In this document: one piece after another, positions 48,001-59,415 of the stretch
Layout of the letters: every line of letters starts with the position of its first letter
Position numbering within the stretch: position 1 is the first letter of the stretch
Assembly (NCBI RefSeq): GCF_000372725.1
Contig: NW_005201984.1
Span: forward strand, 124,001-188,000
DNA length: 64,000 nucleotides
Direction of reading: 5' to 3'
From: Emiliania huxleyi CCMP1516
Lineage: Eukaryota
Translations under genes and position numbers: made by a program
The notes under the pieces: model-generated
What the model was told of the DNA's origin: nothing
The model's database searches: none
The model's input: only the letters and a program-made list of their open reading frames with translations

Positions 48001-48735
48001 TGCGAGGCCCACGACGAAGATGGTGAGGTACGCGTACTCTGCGGAAGGCGGCGGGCAAGGGGGGCGGTGGGGCAGAGGTGGCGTGGGATGGCGGCGGCGA
48101 GTGCGCGGAGCGGCCGGAGGCCACGAGGAGGTTGAGAGTGTGCGTGGGCGCGCGAGCGCAGCGCGCGGGCGGGCGGGTGGTGGTGCGCGCCCGTCTCGAG
48201 GAACTGCCGCGCTCCCGACTTGATCTTGAGCGACAGCTCGTCGACCCGCGCAAGCCCGACCTCGGCACCGGTGGGGAAGGCGTCGATGCGGACGTAGAGG
48301 TAGGCGATGAAGAGGAAGGCGACGGCGGCCGCCATGATTGGCGGCGTCGCGATCACCTGCAGCCACGGCGACGCCCTCGGCGCCACAGCAGTGCACAGGC
48401 AAGGGCACCGGCACCGGCACCGCTTCGGGGCTGGCGCCTGTGTCTGGTGTGTGTGTGTGTGCAACGGCCAGCGACGCAGCGGCGGGCGGACGGCGGGTTT
48501 GCGGGCGCACCATCTTGGGCGACGAAGGCGTGCACAAGCCGCACGTCTGCGGGCATGCCGATCTTGTCTCGACATCGCACTCATTTGCGCTATGGGCTGA
48601 GCACGCAGAGTCGTACTGGTCCCTCCAGTCGGCGCTGTCGGAGCAGTCGAAGAGGTACGGGTACCACGTCTTCTGGTACCACGGCGGCTCCGCGGCGACG
48701 GCCGCGACGGCCGCGATGAGGAGAGAGATCTGCAT
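45056..48735 (-). CDS. Membrane-integral cation-translocating pyrophosphatase (K+-dependent type) with N-terminal signal peptide and ShK-like domain (multi-exon)
   Basis: [80 protein letters not shown] and [21 protein letters not shown]. The last exon and stop at 45056 are inferred from codon usage. Confidence 0.95.
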
Positions 48736-49400
48736 GCAGATCCCACGCCACTCGTGTTTCTAATGAAGGCTAGAGCCACGGTGGCATTGATGATGTTCAC
48801 AGCTGCTAGGGAAGGCCAAGGTGGCCCCATCAATCCACCCCGAAAAATGGGGTCGTCGGTCCAGCACAGCTCAAGCGCGCGCTCGCTGCCCGAGTTGCGG
48901 TCACGTCCCCAAATCTTCGCCAGCCCCGCCAGCTCGACCGACTGGACCGCCGAGACGCTGGGCTTGGCCGGCGGCGCGAGGCGTGGCCTGTGCTGCGGCC
49001 ATCTCGGACGTTCAAGGGGCGCCAGCCAGCGGCTTGGCCGCGCATCCTTCACACACGCCGCCACGATCAAGCTGAGCGGGCCCGGTGTCGAGTCATGGTG
49101 CGAGCTGCATGTGAGGGGCGGCTGTGGCCACAGCAGGTCCACAGGACGGGCGTCAAAGCTTGCCGTCGGCGTGCTGTCGTGGCGAGAGCCGAGACCGCTG
49201 CAGAGGAGCCGAGTGCAGTGGCGAGAGCCAGAGGCTACCAGGGTCACCAGATGGTAGCCCTTGCCCATTCTGGTAAGGGTTGTGCTTTGGTGGTTGTGTT
49301 TGAGCATGTGTGAAGTGGGAGTGCGTGCCGGCGGTGTCTGTGGCTGAAACGGGCGTGTGTGAGGCTGCAGAGCCGTGGTATGAGCCAGAGTGGGCTTCAT

Positions 49401-49935
49401 CACCCAAGATAAGTGCGGTTCGGGACAGCTCGGGCTTGCTCCTGATGGGCCTGGGCCAGGAGAGCGACAGAGAAGGGCGAGGTGGTGAGCTGGGAAGCCG
49501 CTTTGTCGGCACCTGGACGTGTCGCGATGAAGTGCCAAAAAGTACTATTTGCGGCTATTGCTCCAAACTTCGGGAGAGAAGGGCTACATATCATGACTGC
49601 ATCCATGCGCCTGGTGCATGAGGGCTGTGGGTCGGGACATTTCAGACACAGTCGATGGCACCGACAATGACCTCCGGAAAGCCCTCACAATCGCCTCGGA
49701 TGGGGTCCACCGGAGACACTCTCGGGTCTCCTCTCCGTGGCATCACACGAGCCGGTGTGAGCTTGAAGACCCAAGATAAGTGCGGTTTGGGACAGCTCAG
49801 GCTTGCTGCTGATGGGCCTGGGCCAGGAGAGCGACAGAGAAGGCGAGGTGGTGAATTTTCTTATCATTGGAGGGTCTATCTGTGTGTACTCCTCGCGAGA
49901 TCTCTCCAAATCTGCCCTCTATTTAACCGTATTTA
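49401..49935. repeat. About 88-bp direct repeat (49401-49490, 49770-49856) plus a module (49865-49930) found inverted at 57870-57935
   Basis: ACCCAAGATAAGTGCGG..GGGCCAGGAGAGCGACAGAGAAGG occurs twice. GGAGGGTCTATCTGT..CAAATCTGCCCTCTA is the reverse complement of sequence inside the 57782-58678 element. Confidence 0.8.
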
Positions 49936-50488
49936 ATCGGGAAGTCGGTGCTAGTGGAGACTAGTGGAGCCGGAGCCCCGTTTCCGCACTGCTGGTCTGC
50001 TGCTTATACAGGAAGACCGGAGTACACTACTCTCTGCCCCCGATAATCCAAGAGGGTAGTGTACTCTGGCTAGAATCTCCCCGATCCAAGAGTGACCCCC
50101 AACCCCGGCCCCCCGCCCCCTTCCCCTCCGAGTTAGGAACGTGCGCTACCTTGGAAACCCCTCGACATCGTACTCGCTTGCGACTGGGGGCTGCGCACCC
50201 ATAGCCGTCTCTGGGGTCCAACGTCCAAGGCTACATCTCTTTTTTGGTACCACACGGCGCGCGGTCCGCGACGGCCGCGACGGCCGCGAAGAGGAGTAGG
50301 GGAGGAGTCAGGTATCTGCATTAGCCATTGCAGATACTCTCGGAGAGTTGGCTCTGTCGTCGTCTAATGAACTCGCGTGGCAACTTGAAAGATATATTTT
50401 CCTGACGAAGAGAAGGGGGCTGGGAGTCCCTCCCCACTCCCACCTCTCATTAGCCGAGCGTGATGGTGTGTGGTACGTAGATCTCACC

Positions 50489-51762
50489 TCAGGGGCGGCT
50501 CGACGCGGGCACGAGCAACTCCTCCGGCTCATAGCCAGCGGATCGTAACTCGCTACGAAGCGCGTCGGCGCTCGTGTAGTCGCGCTTGCGACGTGCCTGC
50601 GACCACTTCCACGCCATCGCAGCCAACCGCTCCCTCTCCCTTGCTCGCATCTCGGTCAGAGCACTGACGGCGCGCTGTCCAAAGTCGCGCCGCTCAAAGC
50701 TCGGCTCCACCATCACCATTGCCGCTCCGTATGCCGAAAGGCGCGGCGCGCCCACGCTCGCTGCGGCCCTCACCTCTGACGCCGCAGCCGCAGCCGCATC
50801 TGTGACCGCCGCGCCCGCGCCCGCGCCCGCACCCAAAGCAACGCCAACCGATGGCCGCCGCCGGCCGCCACCAAGCTCCGTTTCGATCACGCCAGCTGTA
50901 GTAGAAGCGGGACCGGCGGCCGGCGGCGTTTGGTGAGTGGCGGCGGCCGGACTACCGTCGGGCGTGGGAGAGGGGTCGCACGGCCGCACGTGCGGCAGCA
51001 AGTCCTGCGGGAAAGGCGACCGACTCGCTGAAGTGCGCAGGGCAAAAGGCGGTGACACCTCAGCGGGGATCGCCTCGCCAGCCGGAGGGCGCTGAGTTCT
51101 CCTCTCGGCCGGAAGGCTCTCGCCAGACGCTCTCTGCCTGCCTCTTCGCTCAGCTGGAGCCTCGACCGCAGACGGGCCATTTCCGCCGTTGTGTCCTCTT
51201 GTTGACGGGCGCCGGTTGTTGTTTTCGTCGGGGCTGTTGGGCTGCTGTCCTCGCTCGTTCAGTGTGTTATTGCGGCGGTGGCTGCTGCCTTGCACTCGAT
51301 GGGGGGTTGAGGACGGCACCACACATGAGGCGCCTTCTTCCGGCTGACCAGGTTGGGCGCGCCTCAGTTCTAGTGTTTTTGTGACGAAGTTGCTTTCAGA
51401 ATTTCTGAGCGAATCCATCGCGCCGTGCATCGGGCCTGGCCTACATGAGGTGGACACCTCCGCCCTGGCGGGCAGGGGCACGCACTCCGACGCCGTGTTT
51501 CCCGCCGTCCCGTGACCCAGCGTGAGCTTGTCGACGCCGCTTGCACCACTTTTGGTACGACCCTCTGAGCAACCGAGTGTCCCTTCTAGGGACACCAACC
51601 GCAGCTCATTGCGATTAAGCTTGACAGGCTTCGCCTCCCCGATGTCGACCTCCACTTGCCGGCCATGAGTCACAACGCGGCCCATTTGCCAATGTGCTGG
51701 ATGGCATTGCAATCTGTCACAACGCAGAGATCGCCCGCTGAGTACACCTGCTGCAGAGGCAT
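50489..51762 (-). pseudogene. Protein with N-terminal SH3/KOW-like domain and C-terminal CysRS-anticodon-domain-like motif; one frameshift near 51690
   Basis: ATG 51762 gives MPLQQVYSAGDLCVVTDCNAIQHIGK. Adding one base continues into MGRVVTHGRQVEVDIGEAKPVKLNRNELRLV. The C-terminus is WSQARRKRDYTSADALRSELRSAGY. The frameshift could be a sequencing error. Confidence 0.55.
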
Positions 51763-52246
51763 GGAGGTCGCGACGACAGTACTAGAACAGACCTGCCGGG
51801 GGCGCGCGTATAAAATCCCGCGCGAATTTGGACGATTTGAAGTTTTAGGGCTTGAACGAAAAAATGAAATTATAACACTGCAAAACTATTTTTCGTATGC
51901 ACACAGAGTTCGACACAGGTACCAAAAGAGGCACAGCAGACGACGTAAAAGGCGCCGTCGATTGGAGAGAGAAATGGGAGCGCCAAGTCTGTTCTTTAGG
52001 CCCCTGAATGAAGGGCCCTACGCGCGGCGTGAGAGCCCTCTCCCCCCCCAGCCCCATCTGTATGCAGTGTCCTAGCGCATCTATAGCTAGTGTGTGTGCG
52101 CGCCCAGTCACCCGTCGTGTCGCGTCGTACCTTTTTGCTGTTTAGGAGTAGCTTGTGTGTGCTGTGAGAGGTCGTTTTTGAAAGTTCTGTATTTATCGAG
52201 GGAGGTTTGCCGATGCAGCTTTCCTTATCCCGGCCGACGTCGGCCG

Positions 52247-53500
52247 CTATGCCTCCAGCGCCCTCCGGAGGACGGCAGGGTCAATGGCGCGCCCCTCGGG
52301 CAGCCACAGCTTGCCCGGGCCGCTCTTCTTCGGTGCCTCGCTCCAGCCCGGGTTTAAATCTGGCTCCGGCTCCGCGCTGCTCGCGCTTGGGCGACACACC
52401 GCGGACTCGAGGCTGCGGATGGCGGCGGCATATCGCTGGCTGAGCTGCAGAGAAGGCTCTTCTGCCTGGCGCCACTCGCCACTGTGCCGCAGACTTTGCA
52501 CGGTCATGAAGGACGCGTGGGGCTGCAGCGACTGGCTAGGCTTGCTACCCGGCGGCACTTGCAGCGGTTGGTTCGGCAACGCGCCTGCAGGTGGCGCAGC
52601 TTCGGGCTCCGGCTTCTGCGGCTCTGCCGCTCCCGCTTCATTGGCCGTTCGCTCTTTCCCTGCGGCGGTCTCAATCATTGGCCCTTCCCGGGCCGGTGCT
52701 CCACCGGCCGCCAGCGCAATGCCTTCAGGCGCCCCAGTCGTCACCGTCGGGTGATCTCGCGTGCACTGAGCCTCCTTGTCAGACGTCACGGATCCGCGTA
52801 GCCGGTTTGGCAAGCCCCAGAGGTGCGCTCGCAGCATCTCCGCCTGCGGTGAGGGATGTGGCGTGGCGGGCTTAGTGCGCGGTGAGCTGTGGGCGAGCCG
52901 TGGCTGGTGACGCGCGAGCGAGGGCGGACGGGCCCTCTGCCTTCTCGTGAGTGGCCGCCTCGGGCGTGGACTGGACGCAAAGCGCCAGCCGGCGGAACTG
53001 GAGGTAATCGTCGGCGGCGCTGGCAAAGCCGAGAATCATTTCCGCCTGATGAGCCACCGCTCCTCCCTCCGGGCGAGAGGAGGCGATGGGGCGAGGGCGG
53101 AGCGGGTGCCTCTGCAAGCCCGCGGTCCGCCGCGTCCGAAAGGAGCCTCACAAAGGAGTCTCGGTCAATGCGCACCTCGTCGAGGGCGTCGGCGAGGAGG
53201 TGCTCGACGAATGCGCAGTAGCTCCGGTGCACCACCGCGCATTCGTGGCTCTGCTCGCCTGGCGAGGCGATGTAAATTCTGATCCCCGCTGGTTTGGTCA
53301 GGACTCGCCGGTCTTCTTTGTCTCTCTTGTCTATCTTGTGCGCCCTCGTCGGCAAAGGAGGGAGCGCTCAGTCGGAGGAAGGCCTCAAGCTCGCGGGCGG
53401 AGGATGATGCGATCCGCTCGAGCACCGCCGGCAGCGCGTCGGTCGGGGGAGGATCGGCCAGGGGAGGAGGATAGGAGCGGCTGCTGCTCGCGGCGCCCAT
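52247..53500 (-). CDS. BART (ARL2-binding) domain protein (about 4 exons)
   Basis: ELEAFLRLSAPSFADEG|..EQSHECAVVHRSYCAFVEHLLADALDEVRIDRDSFV..|ILGFASAADDYLQFRRL fits the BART pattern. The MGAASSS start is myristoylation-like. Confidence 0.65.
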
Positions 53501-54130
53501 TTTTCGTCGTTACAAACCCGCATAATTTCTTTCTCAGTGTATGTAGCTCTTCGAACATACCCTGTTTGTGTCTGTGTGTCGCTCGTGCGTGTCGTCATCA
53601 TCTGTCCAGCGTCCACCCATACCGCGTCGGTGTCCAGTCCGAGCCTGACTGTTCTTCACCTTCCTACATACATACCCGTAGGTGAACTGCTGACAGGTTT
53701 GCGATTTCTCGTAGTCTCTCTTGCTTGCCCGCCAAAGAAAGCCAATTTTAGTTGGGCCCTCGAGGAGGCCTGCAGGCGGCCTTCTCTCGAGGCCTCGAGA
53801 TACACAAAGCGGCCAATCGCTCGTCTCTCTACAAGGTCACGAGACAGAAGAAGAAGAGAGAGACAGAGGAAAGAGGTTCTTCGCGAGTCAAAAAAGGGGA
53901 AAAGCGTATGTTAACATTCTAGAATTTTTCTTCATCTGTGAGAGAGGCTTGTGTTTTGAGAATTCTTCCTCGTTCACCCTTGGGGACCCGCGCTTTGGGG
54001 CGGGCTCCTTCACGACGGCAACAACAGTCGTGAATCTTCCTCGCGCGAGGAACGCGGCTTGTCGTCGTTGGAAGGATCAGTGACAGAAATTTCCCTTGTT
54101 GCTCTCTCTCACCGCGGTCTGCACGACCTA

Positions 54131-55150
54131 ATGGCCTTTCCTCCCGGCCTACTAATCGCGGCCCGCTTCGGCAAGGTCGACGACCTCGAGCTGCTGCTTG
54201 ACGAGAGTGGAGCCGCCGTCGACGTCCGCGACGCCAACGGCTCCACCCTGCTCATGGTCTGCGCCTTTGAGCTGCAGACCGCTCACGTGGAGGCGCTGCT
54301 GGCTCGCGGCGCCGACCCCAACGCGACGGACAGCGAGGGAGGTTTCGCCCTACTCAACGCGTCGCTCAACGCCTGCGGCATGAACCCGGCCAGGGCCGCC
54401 AACGATGGCACCCGGCAGCGGGCGAGGGAGGTTGGGATGCTGCTGCTGGCCGCCGGCGCCAAGGCGGACGCAGCCCTCCCGCCAGACGTGCCCGCGTACA
54501 TGATGCGGCCGGCACAGCAGTGGGCCGACGCGGCCCACGGCAAGGCGGCTCGCACCACCCCACTCGACGAGGCGTGGGCAGAGTGCAGCGAGGCCTTTGG
54601 CGCCACCGCCGTCTTTGCAGAGGCCGTGCTGCGCTGGCTCCAGGAGCGCAGCCTGGCGACCGCGCTGGCGGCGCACGCTGACGAGCGCGGAGTCACGCTG
54701 CTCCACCTCGCTGCGTCGCTCGGGTCGTGGCAGGCGTCGGCAGCTCTGCTCTCGCACGGCGCGGACGCGGCGGCAGCGAACGGCGCGGGCGCCACGCCGC
54801 TCGAGGACGCGCTCGAGTTTGGGCACGAGGAGCTCGCCCAGCTGCTGCTCGCCGCGCCTCGCGCCGACGCGGGCCTCTCTCCCGTCGAGCACGCCTTTGA
54901 CTTGCGCTGCGCCGCCTCGGTCGACGCGGGCGCGCTGACCGCTGCCCGCGCAGACGAGCTGACCGACTCGCTCGCTGCGCTGGGATCGGACGAGGCGCGA
55001 GAGGTGCGGATGCTGGAGCTGCTGGGCGAGCTCGACGCGTGCGGCGAGGAGGAGGAGGAGAGCGAGGCCGAGGGCGACGAGAGCGAGGAGAGCGACAGCG
55101 AGAGCGAGAGCGAGCAGGAGGTCGGTGCGCGCCGCTTTGGACGCATATGA
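54131..55150 (+). CDS. Ankyrin-repeat protein with acidic tail
   Basis: DANGSTLLMVCA..LLARGADPNATD, GVTLLHLAASLG and GATPLEDALEFGH. Confidence 0.85.
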   Translation: MAFPPGLLIAARFGKVDDLELLLDESGAAVDVRDANGSTLLMVCAFELQTAHVEALLARGADPNATDSEGGFALLNASLNACGMNPARAANDGTRQRAREVGMLLLAAGAKADAALPPDVPAYMMRPAQQWADAAHGKAARTTPLDEAWAECSEAFGATAVFAEAVLRWLQERSLATALAAHADERGVTLLHLAASLGSWQASAALLSHGADAAAANGAGATPLEDALEFGHEELAQLLLAAPRADAGLSPVEHAFDLRCAASVDAGALTAARADELTDSLAALGSDEAREVRMLELLGELDACGEEEEESEAEGDESEESDSESESEQEVGARRFGRI

Positions 55151-55398
55151 GGAGGCGGTGTATTGTTGCCGCGGCATACAAAATAGTAATCTGTGTCCGC
55201 GCGCGTCTCTGGGAGCCGACAGCGACACACGCGACGTGCCGACGTGTGGCCGGCGCGCGCTGTGCCGCGCGCCCGCGCGCCGCGCGTCGTGCGCAGCGCT
55301 CACACGACCGGTCTCTCCATCGAAAGTTGTCGCCCAGAGCGCACAAGATATGCAGCAGCCCATCTGTCCCATCGCCACCGCGCGCGCAGTCCTATCGG

Positions 55399-55941
55399 TC
55401 AGTCCTCCCCCCGCCGTAGCAACTTGGCTTGGTAGTCCGGGATGGGCGCCGTGTCTGTGAAGATGCGGCGCTGGATCGGCGCTGGCGTCAGGTCGGGCTT
55501 CCTCGCAGCCTCCTGGAGCTCCTCTGGCAGCGCCTCGATCGCCGCCTGTCTCAGCTTGATTAGGCGAGACAGGTGGCCCATCACCCGCTTCACCTGTGGG
55601 CGCGCGAGAGACCAACGCGCTCAGCGGGCGAGCGGGCGTGCGAGCGCCTCGGCACGACGCACCTCGGTTATGGCTTGCCGGCTGTACTCGGCTCGTCTCT
55701 CCCTCCGCGCCGCTGCGGTCTCCTTCTCCGCCATTATCGCCGTGGACAGCTCTGGATCTGGCTCCGCGATGATCGCCGCCTTGAGCGTGGCGTACGGGTC
55801 GCGGCCGCCGCTGCTCTCCTCCTTTTTGGGCTGCCGCTTGTGCGTCGCTTTGAAGGCGAGCGCCCGCGTGCCGGCAGGTCGGAGCGCAGCGGCGAAGGGT
55901 GGGCAGCGACGGGAGGCGAGGAGCATAATGTGCCTGGCCAT
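55399..55941 (-). CDS. Mitochondrial ribosomal protein mL40-like (2 exons)
   Basis: Transit peptide, then LIKLRQAAIEALPEELQEAARKPDLTPAPIQRRIFTDTAPIPDY, which resembles the mL40 (MRP-L28 family) core. Confidence 0.75.
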
Positions 55942-56189
55942 GAATGCCGAAGTACTCCCCAAGAATTCTTAAGATACAAGCCTCTCTCACAGCACACTGG
56001 CACGACAAGGGCGCGGACTGGTAACGCAGGATCACTTTAAGGCGAGCTTTCCCTGCGAACGCGCACCCCCGGGGCTAGGGCTCTCTTGCCCGCAACCCGA
56101 TCCCGATCATCCGGCCCGCTGGGTGCGCTTCTTAGCTCCCCGGCCCTGGATGTGAGGCTAATGACTGCACTCCAAGTGCTCCAAGGGCA

Positions 56190-57672
56190 CTCAGCGGAGC
56201 TGGGAATAGGACCGCCGCAAGCGGCGTGGCGTGGAGCGGTTGAGCATCCCTCCGGGGGCCCCTCTGCGCCGGGGAGGCGTTGTTGGAGGCTAGGACGCAA
56301 GCGTCCGTCGCCCTTTTCAAACTCGGGGCCCACTCCGCTACGCTCCGACCCGAATTTGGAGGGCCTAAAAGTTTAAGGTGTTGCTGCGCAAAAGGGGTCG
56401 GACACAGGGCGCAGCTCATGCTAAGAGCTAGAAGGGGAGCTAGAGAGAACGACTACCCTGTCCCGTTATTGCGTACACCAACACCACAAAAGCTCTCTCT
56501 CTCCTGTCCTCACTCAGAGCACAGAGGGGGGTCACAACTACCGAGTCTCTCGACTAGCTGCCACGTTGCCGACCGAGAGCGGATCTCCTCCTGCTCCGCA
56601 AGGAGGGTGGCCAAGGCTAAAGTCTTGTCGGAGCCGCCGGGCGCGTTGACGACTTGGAGAAGGTCGCCCTTGTACTTGTACTTGTAGAGATGCTCGAGGG
56701 GGTGCTTTGTGGGGCGGTGCGCAGCCAGGCCAGCAGTGAGGGGAGGCGCACCCTCACTCTCTCGGTTGCAGAGCTCGTCGGAGGCTGCGTCACGACGGGT
56801 CGCGACAGCAGTCCTCGGGCGAGCCGACGCGCATGTCCAACCAGCGCTGGGACTCGTTGTGACGGCAGACGCCGGCTGCCTCTCCAACCGCTTCTGCAGC
56901 GTCCTTCTTTGCCCGTGCATGGGCTCGATCCGATTCCGCAGCGTGTCGTCCCCAGCGGCGGTGTTGCGCGGGAGGCGGTCGCGGGCACGCTGGGCTCGAT
57001 CAGCTTTCCCTAGCACGGATTTGGCGGACGTTCTTGGCTTCAATTTTACGAATGTCTTGGCACCAGCTGAAGGCTTGCCCGGCGCACATCACGCAGTTCC
57101 TGCACGGTATTCGGATTTTGCTATTTGTTCGTGTGGGGGTATATTGCAGATTTGTCAATGGTACCGCGTCTGCGACGCGGGCGCCTTGCGGGCAGAGCCC
57201 TTAGCCACCCTTTATATCTTGCGCGGTCATAATGCACGGGCGCCCTCAGCGGAGCTGGGAATAGGACCGCCGCAAGCGGCGTGGCGTGGAGCGGTTGCGC
57301 ATCTCTCCGGGGGCCCCTCTGCGCCGGGGAGGCGTTGTTGGAGGCTAGGACGCAAGCGTCCGTCGCCCTTTTCAAACTCGGGGCCCACTCCGCTAGTGCC
57401 GCTAGCGCTACGCTCCGCGACCCGAATTTGGAGGGCCTGAAAGTTTAAGGTGTTGCTGCGCAAAAGGGGTCGGACACAGGGCGCAGCTCATGCTAAGAGC
57501 TAGAAGAGGAGATAGAGAGAACAACCACCCTGTCCCGTTATTGCGTACACCAACACCACAAAAGCTCTCTCTCCTGCTCCTCACCGCTCAGTAACAAGTA
57601 TTGCTAAAAATCTCTCTCTCCGCTCAGGGGGGGTCACAACTACCGAGTTCCTAAGGGTCTAGCTGCCACGTT
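56190..57672 (+). repeat. About 370-430 bp direct duplication (56190-56560 and 57245-57672) containing a (CT)n tract
   Basis: Near-identical CTCAGCGGAGCTGGG..CACCACAAAAGCTCTCTCTC..GGGGGTCACAACTACCGAGT blocks. Modules between them recur at 58950-59090 and 59490-59570. Confidence 0.9.
56571..56670 (-). mobile_element. Helitron/PIF1-type helicase motif I remnant
   Basis: GDLLQVVNAPGGSDKTLALATLLAE(QEE)IRSR resembles the Helitron RepHel motif of the form FLDAPGGTGKTFLxxxLLAxIRS. Confidence 0.5.
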
Positions 57673-57781
57673 CAAAACCAGGACGGCGGCAGTGATGGTG
57701 CTATCACGGGCATGATCCGTGGAAAGTGGAGCGGGGGGGGCGAGCGTCAGCCAGCCAGGTACGGGATAGTAGAGCAGGCGC

Positions 57782-58678
57782 CTCTTGGGGGGGCGCGGGG
57801 GCCCCCGGAGGCACCGTGCGCCGCGCAGCAGTGCGGAAACGGGGCCCCGGCGCTCATACTCGCTCATAGAGTATGGTTGAGTAGAGGGCAGATTTGGAGA
57901 GATCTCGAGGAGTACATACAGATAGACCCTCCAACCATCAGAAACCTCCAACCTGATCGGTCGTACTGACCGCCGACAGATCACTCCAGACAGCAGACAG
58001 GGGCCGACGTCTGCACGCGGCCGGCCGGGCGAGAGGCTTGACACGATCCGACCCTGCGAGACCCTGACGCTGCTGCTCTAGCTATCAGACATGCACTGCT
58101 GACTGCTGCCACAATATGCGACCGGTGCTGGCCCACTTGGCGGCCTTCCCCGGTCAGTGGTGAGGCGCAGTTCAGAGCTGTCGATGGCGCGATGCCGCAC
58201 TGGTCCCACATTGGTAACACGAGACCACCACGTTTGCCGGTCCAAGAGAGAGGCACTGGTGCTGTCCTGAGAAGGTGCGTGGTCCCTCTTGACTGCCCAT
58301 GCGCGCGAGGCTGTGTAGGCATAGCCTCGAGAGTGCCAGCAGCCAATCCGAGGCAGTTTGTGACGCGCATTGCGTCAGAAGCGTGCACGCAGCTGGAAGG
58401 ACACCTTCCTACTGGCCGTACGATCAGGTCGTCACTGAATGCTGGATACTAAGGCCGCGAGCTATGCGGGTGATCAATTGTGCAGCATGGCACGGTCAGC
58501 AGCGCCGACAGGCTGTCGCAAGGCGTGATAGCATGGCCGCAAGTACGCCGAATTCCCATGAAAGCGAAAAATCGCGCAAAAAAAGAAAAATCTGAATAAA
58601 TCGGCGCCTGCGGCGGGCCATGGGACCCCATCGCCCCCCCGCATGGATACCCTCTAGGGCCCCCGCGCCCCCCCAGAG
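57782..58678. mobile_element. Non-autonomous TIR element (897 bp) with 8-bp TSD
   Basis: TIRs CTCTTGGGGGGGCGCGGGGGCCC and GGGCCCCCGCGCCCCCCCAGAG. Perfect TSD GCAGGCGC at 57774-57781 and 58679-58686. Confidence 0.85.
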
Positions 58679-59293
58679 GCAGGCGCTTTGAGTCCTTTGT
58701 GGGGGTGGCGGGTTTGGGCGGCGGCGTTGTGGGTGGCCAGCCGAATCGTTAGCGGAGCTCCTCCCTCAAGCCTGATCACGCATGATGCACGTTGAGTGAC
58801 AACGTCGGCGGGCTTCTGAATCAGGTTAGTTAGGTTGCCGGAGCACCTCCAACTCCTCCTCTGTGCTCTGACGGTCTGGAGTCAGACATGCGCCAATGTC
58901 GACTGCGCCCTCCTCCTCCTCCTCCAATTCGCCGACTGCGCCCTCCTCCTCCATGGGCTCGATCCGATTTCGCAGCGTGTCGTCCCCAGCGGCGGTGCGC
59001 GGGAGGCGGCCGCGGGCACGCTGGGCAGTGGGCTCGTGTGGGGGTATACTGTGTTGCTATTTGCTCGTGTGGGGGTATATTGCAATATACGCGACCGTTA
59101 TACACACGGCGCCCCCCTGAGATTCGATTGAGATGCAGATGAGCTCGCCAGCTCGCGCGTGTGTTTGGTCGATCGGCCGTCCTCTTCACACATCTCACTG
59201 AGATTGGTATTCAAATTCCATGTTCACAGCAATTGTCTCCCCTTTTTTTCACCACCTGAGATCCCGAATCTCAGCTCTGCAATTATGACCCCA

Positions 59294-59415
59294 ACTGCCC
59301 TGCCCTGCCCTGCCCTGCCCTGCCGTACTGCCCTGCCCGCATACTGCCGCACAACTGCCCTGCCCGATCCCCTACCTGCCCCGGGTGTGAAACCCACACT
59401 GCCCTGCCCTGCCCA
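59294..59415. repeat. (CTGCC)n pentamer repeat
   Basis: Directly visible. Confidence 0.85.

Noticed and set aside
49150..49290. Reverse transcriptase remnant (GLPSGDPGS...HADG on the minus strand)
   Set aside because: Only a loose resemblance to GxPQG and YADD, with no other RT motifs visible. Not supportable without a profile search.
53680..53980. MITE bounded by GGTGAAC / GTTCACC
   Set aside because: Only a 7-bp inverted match and no TSD.
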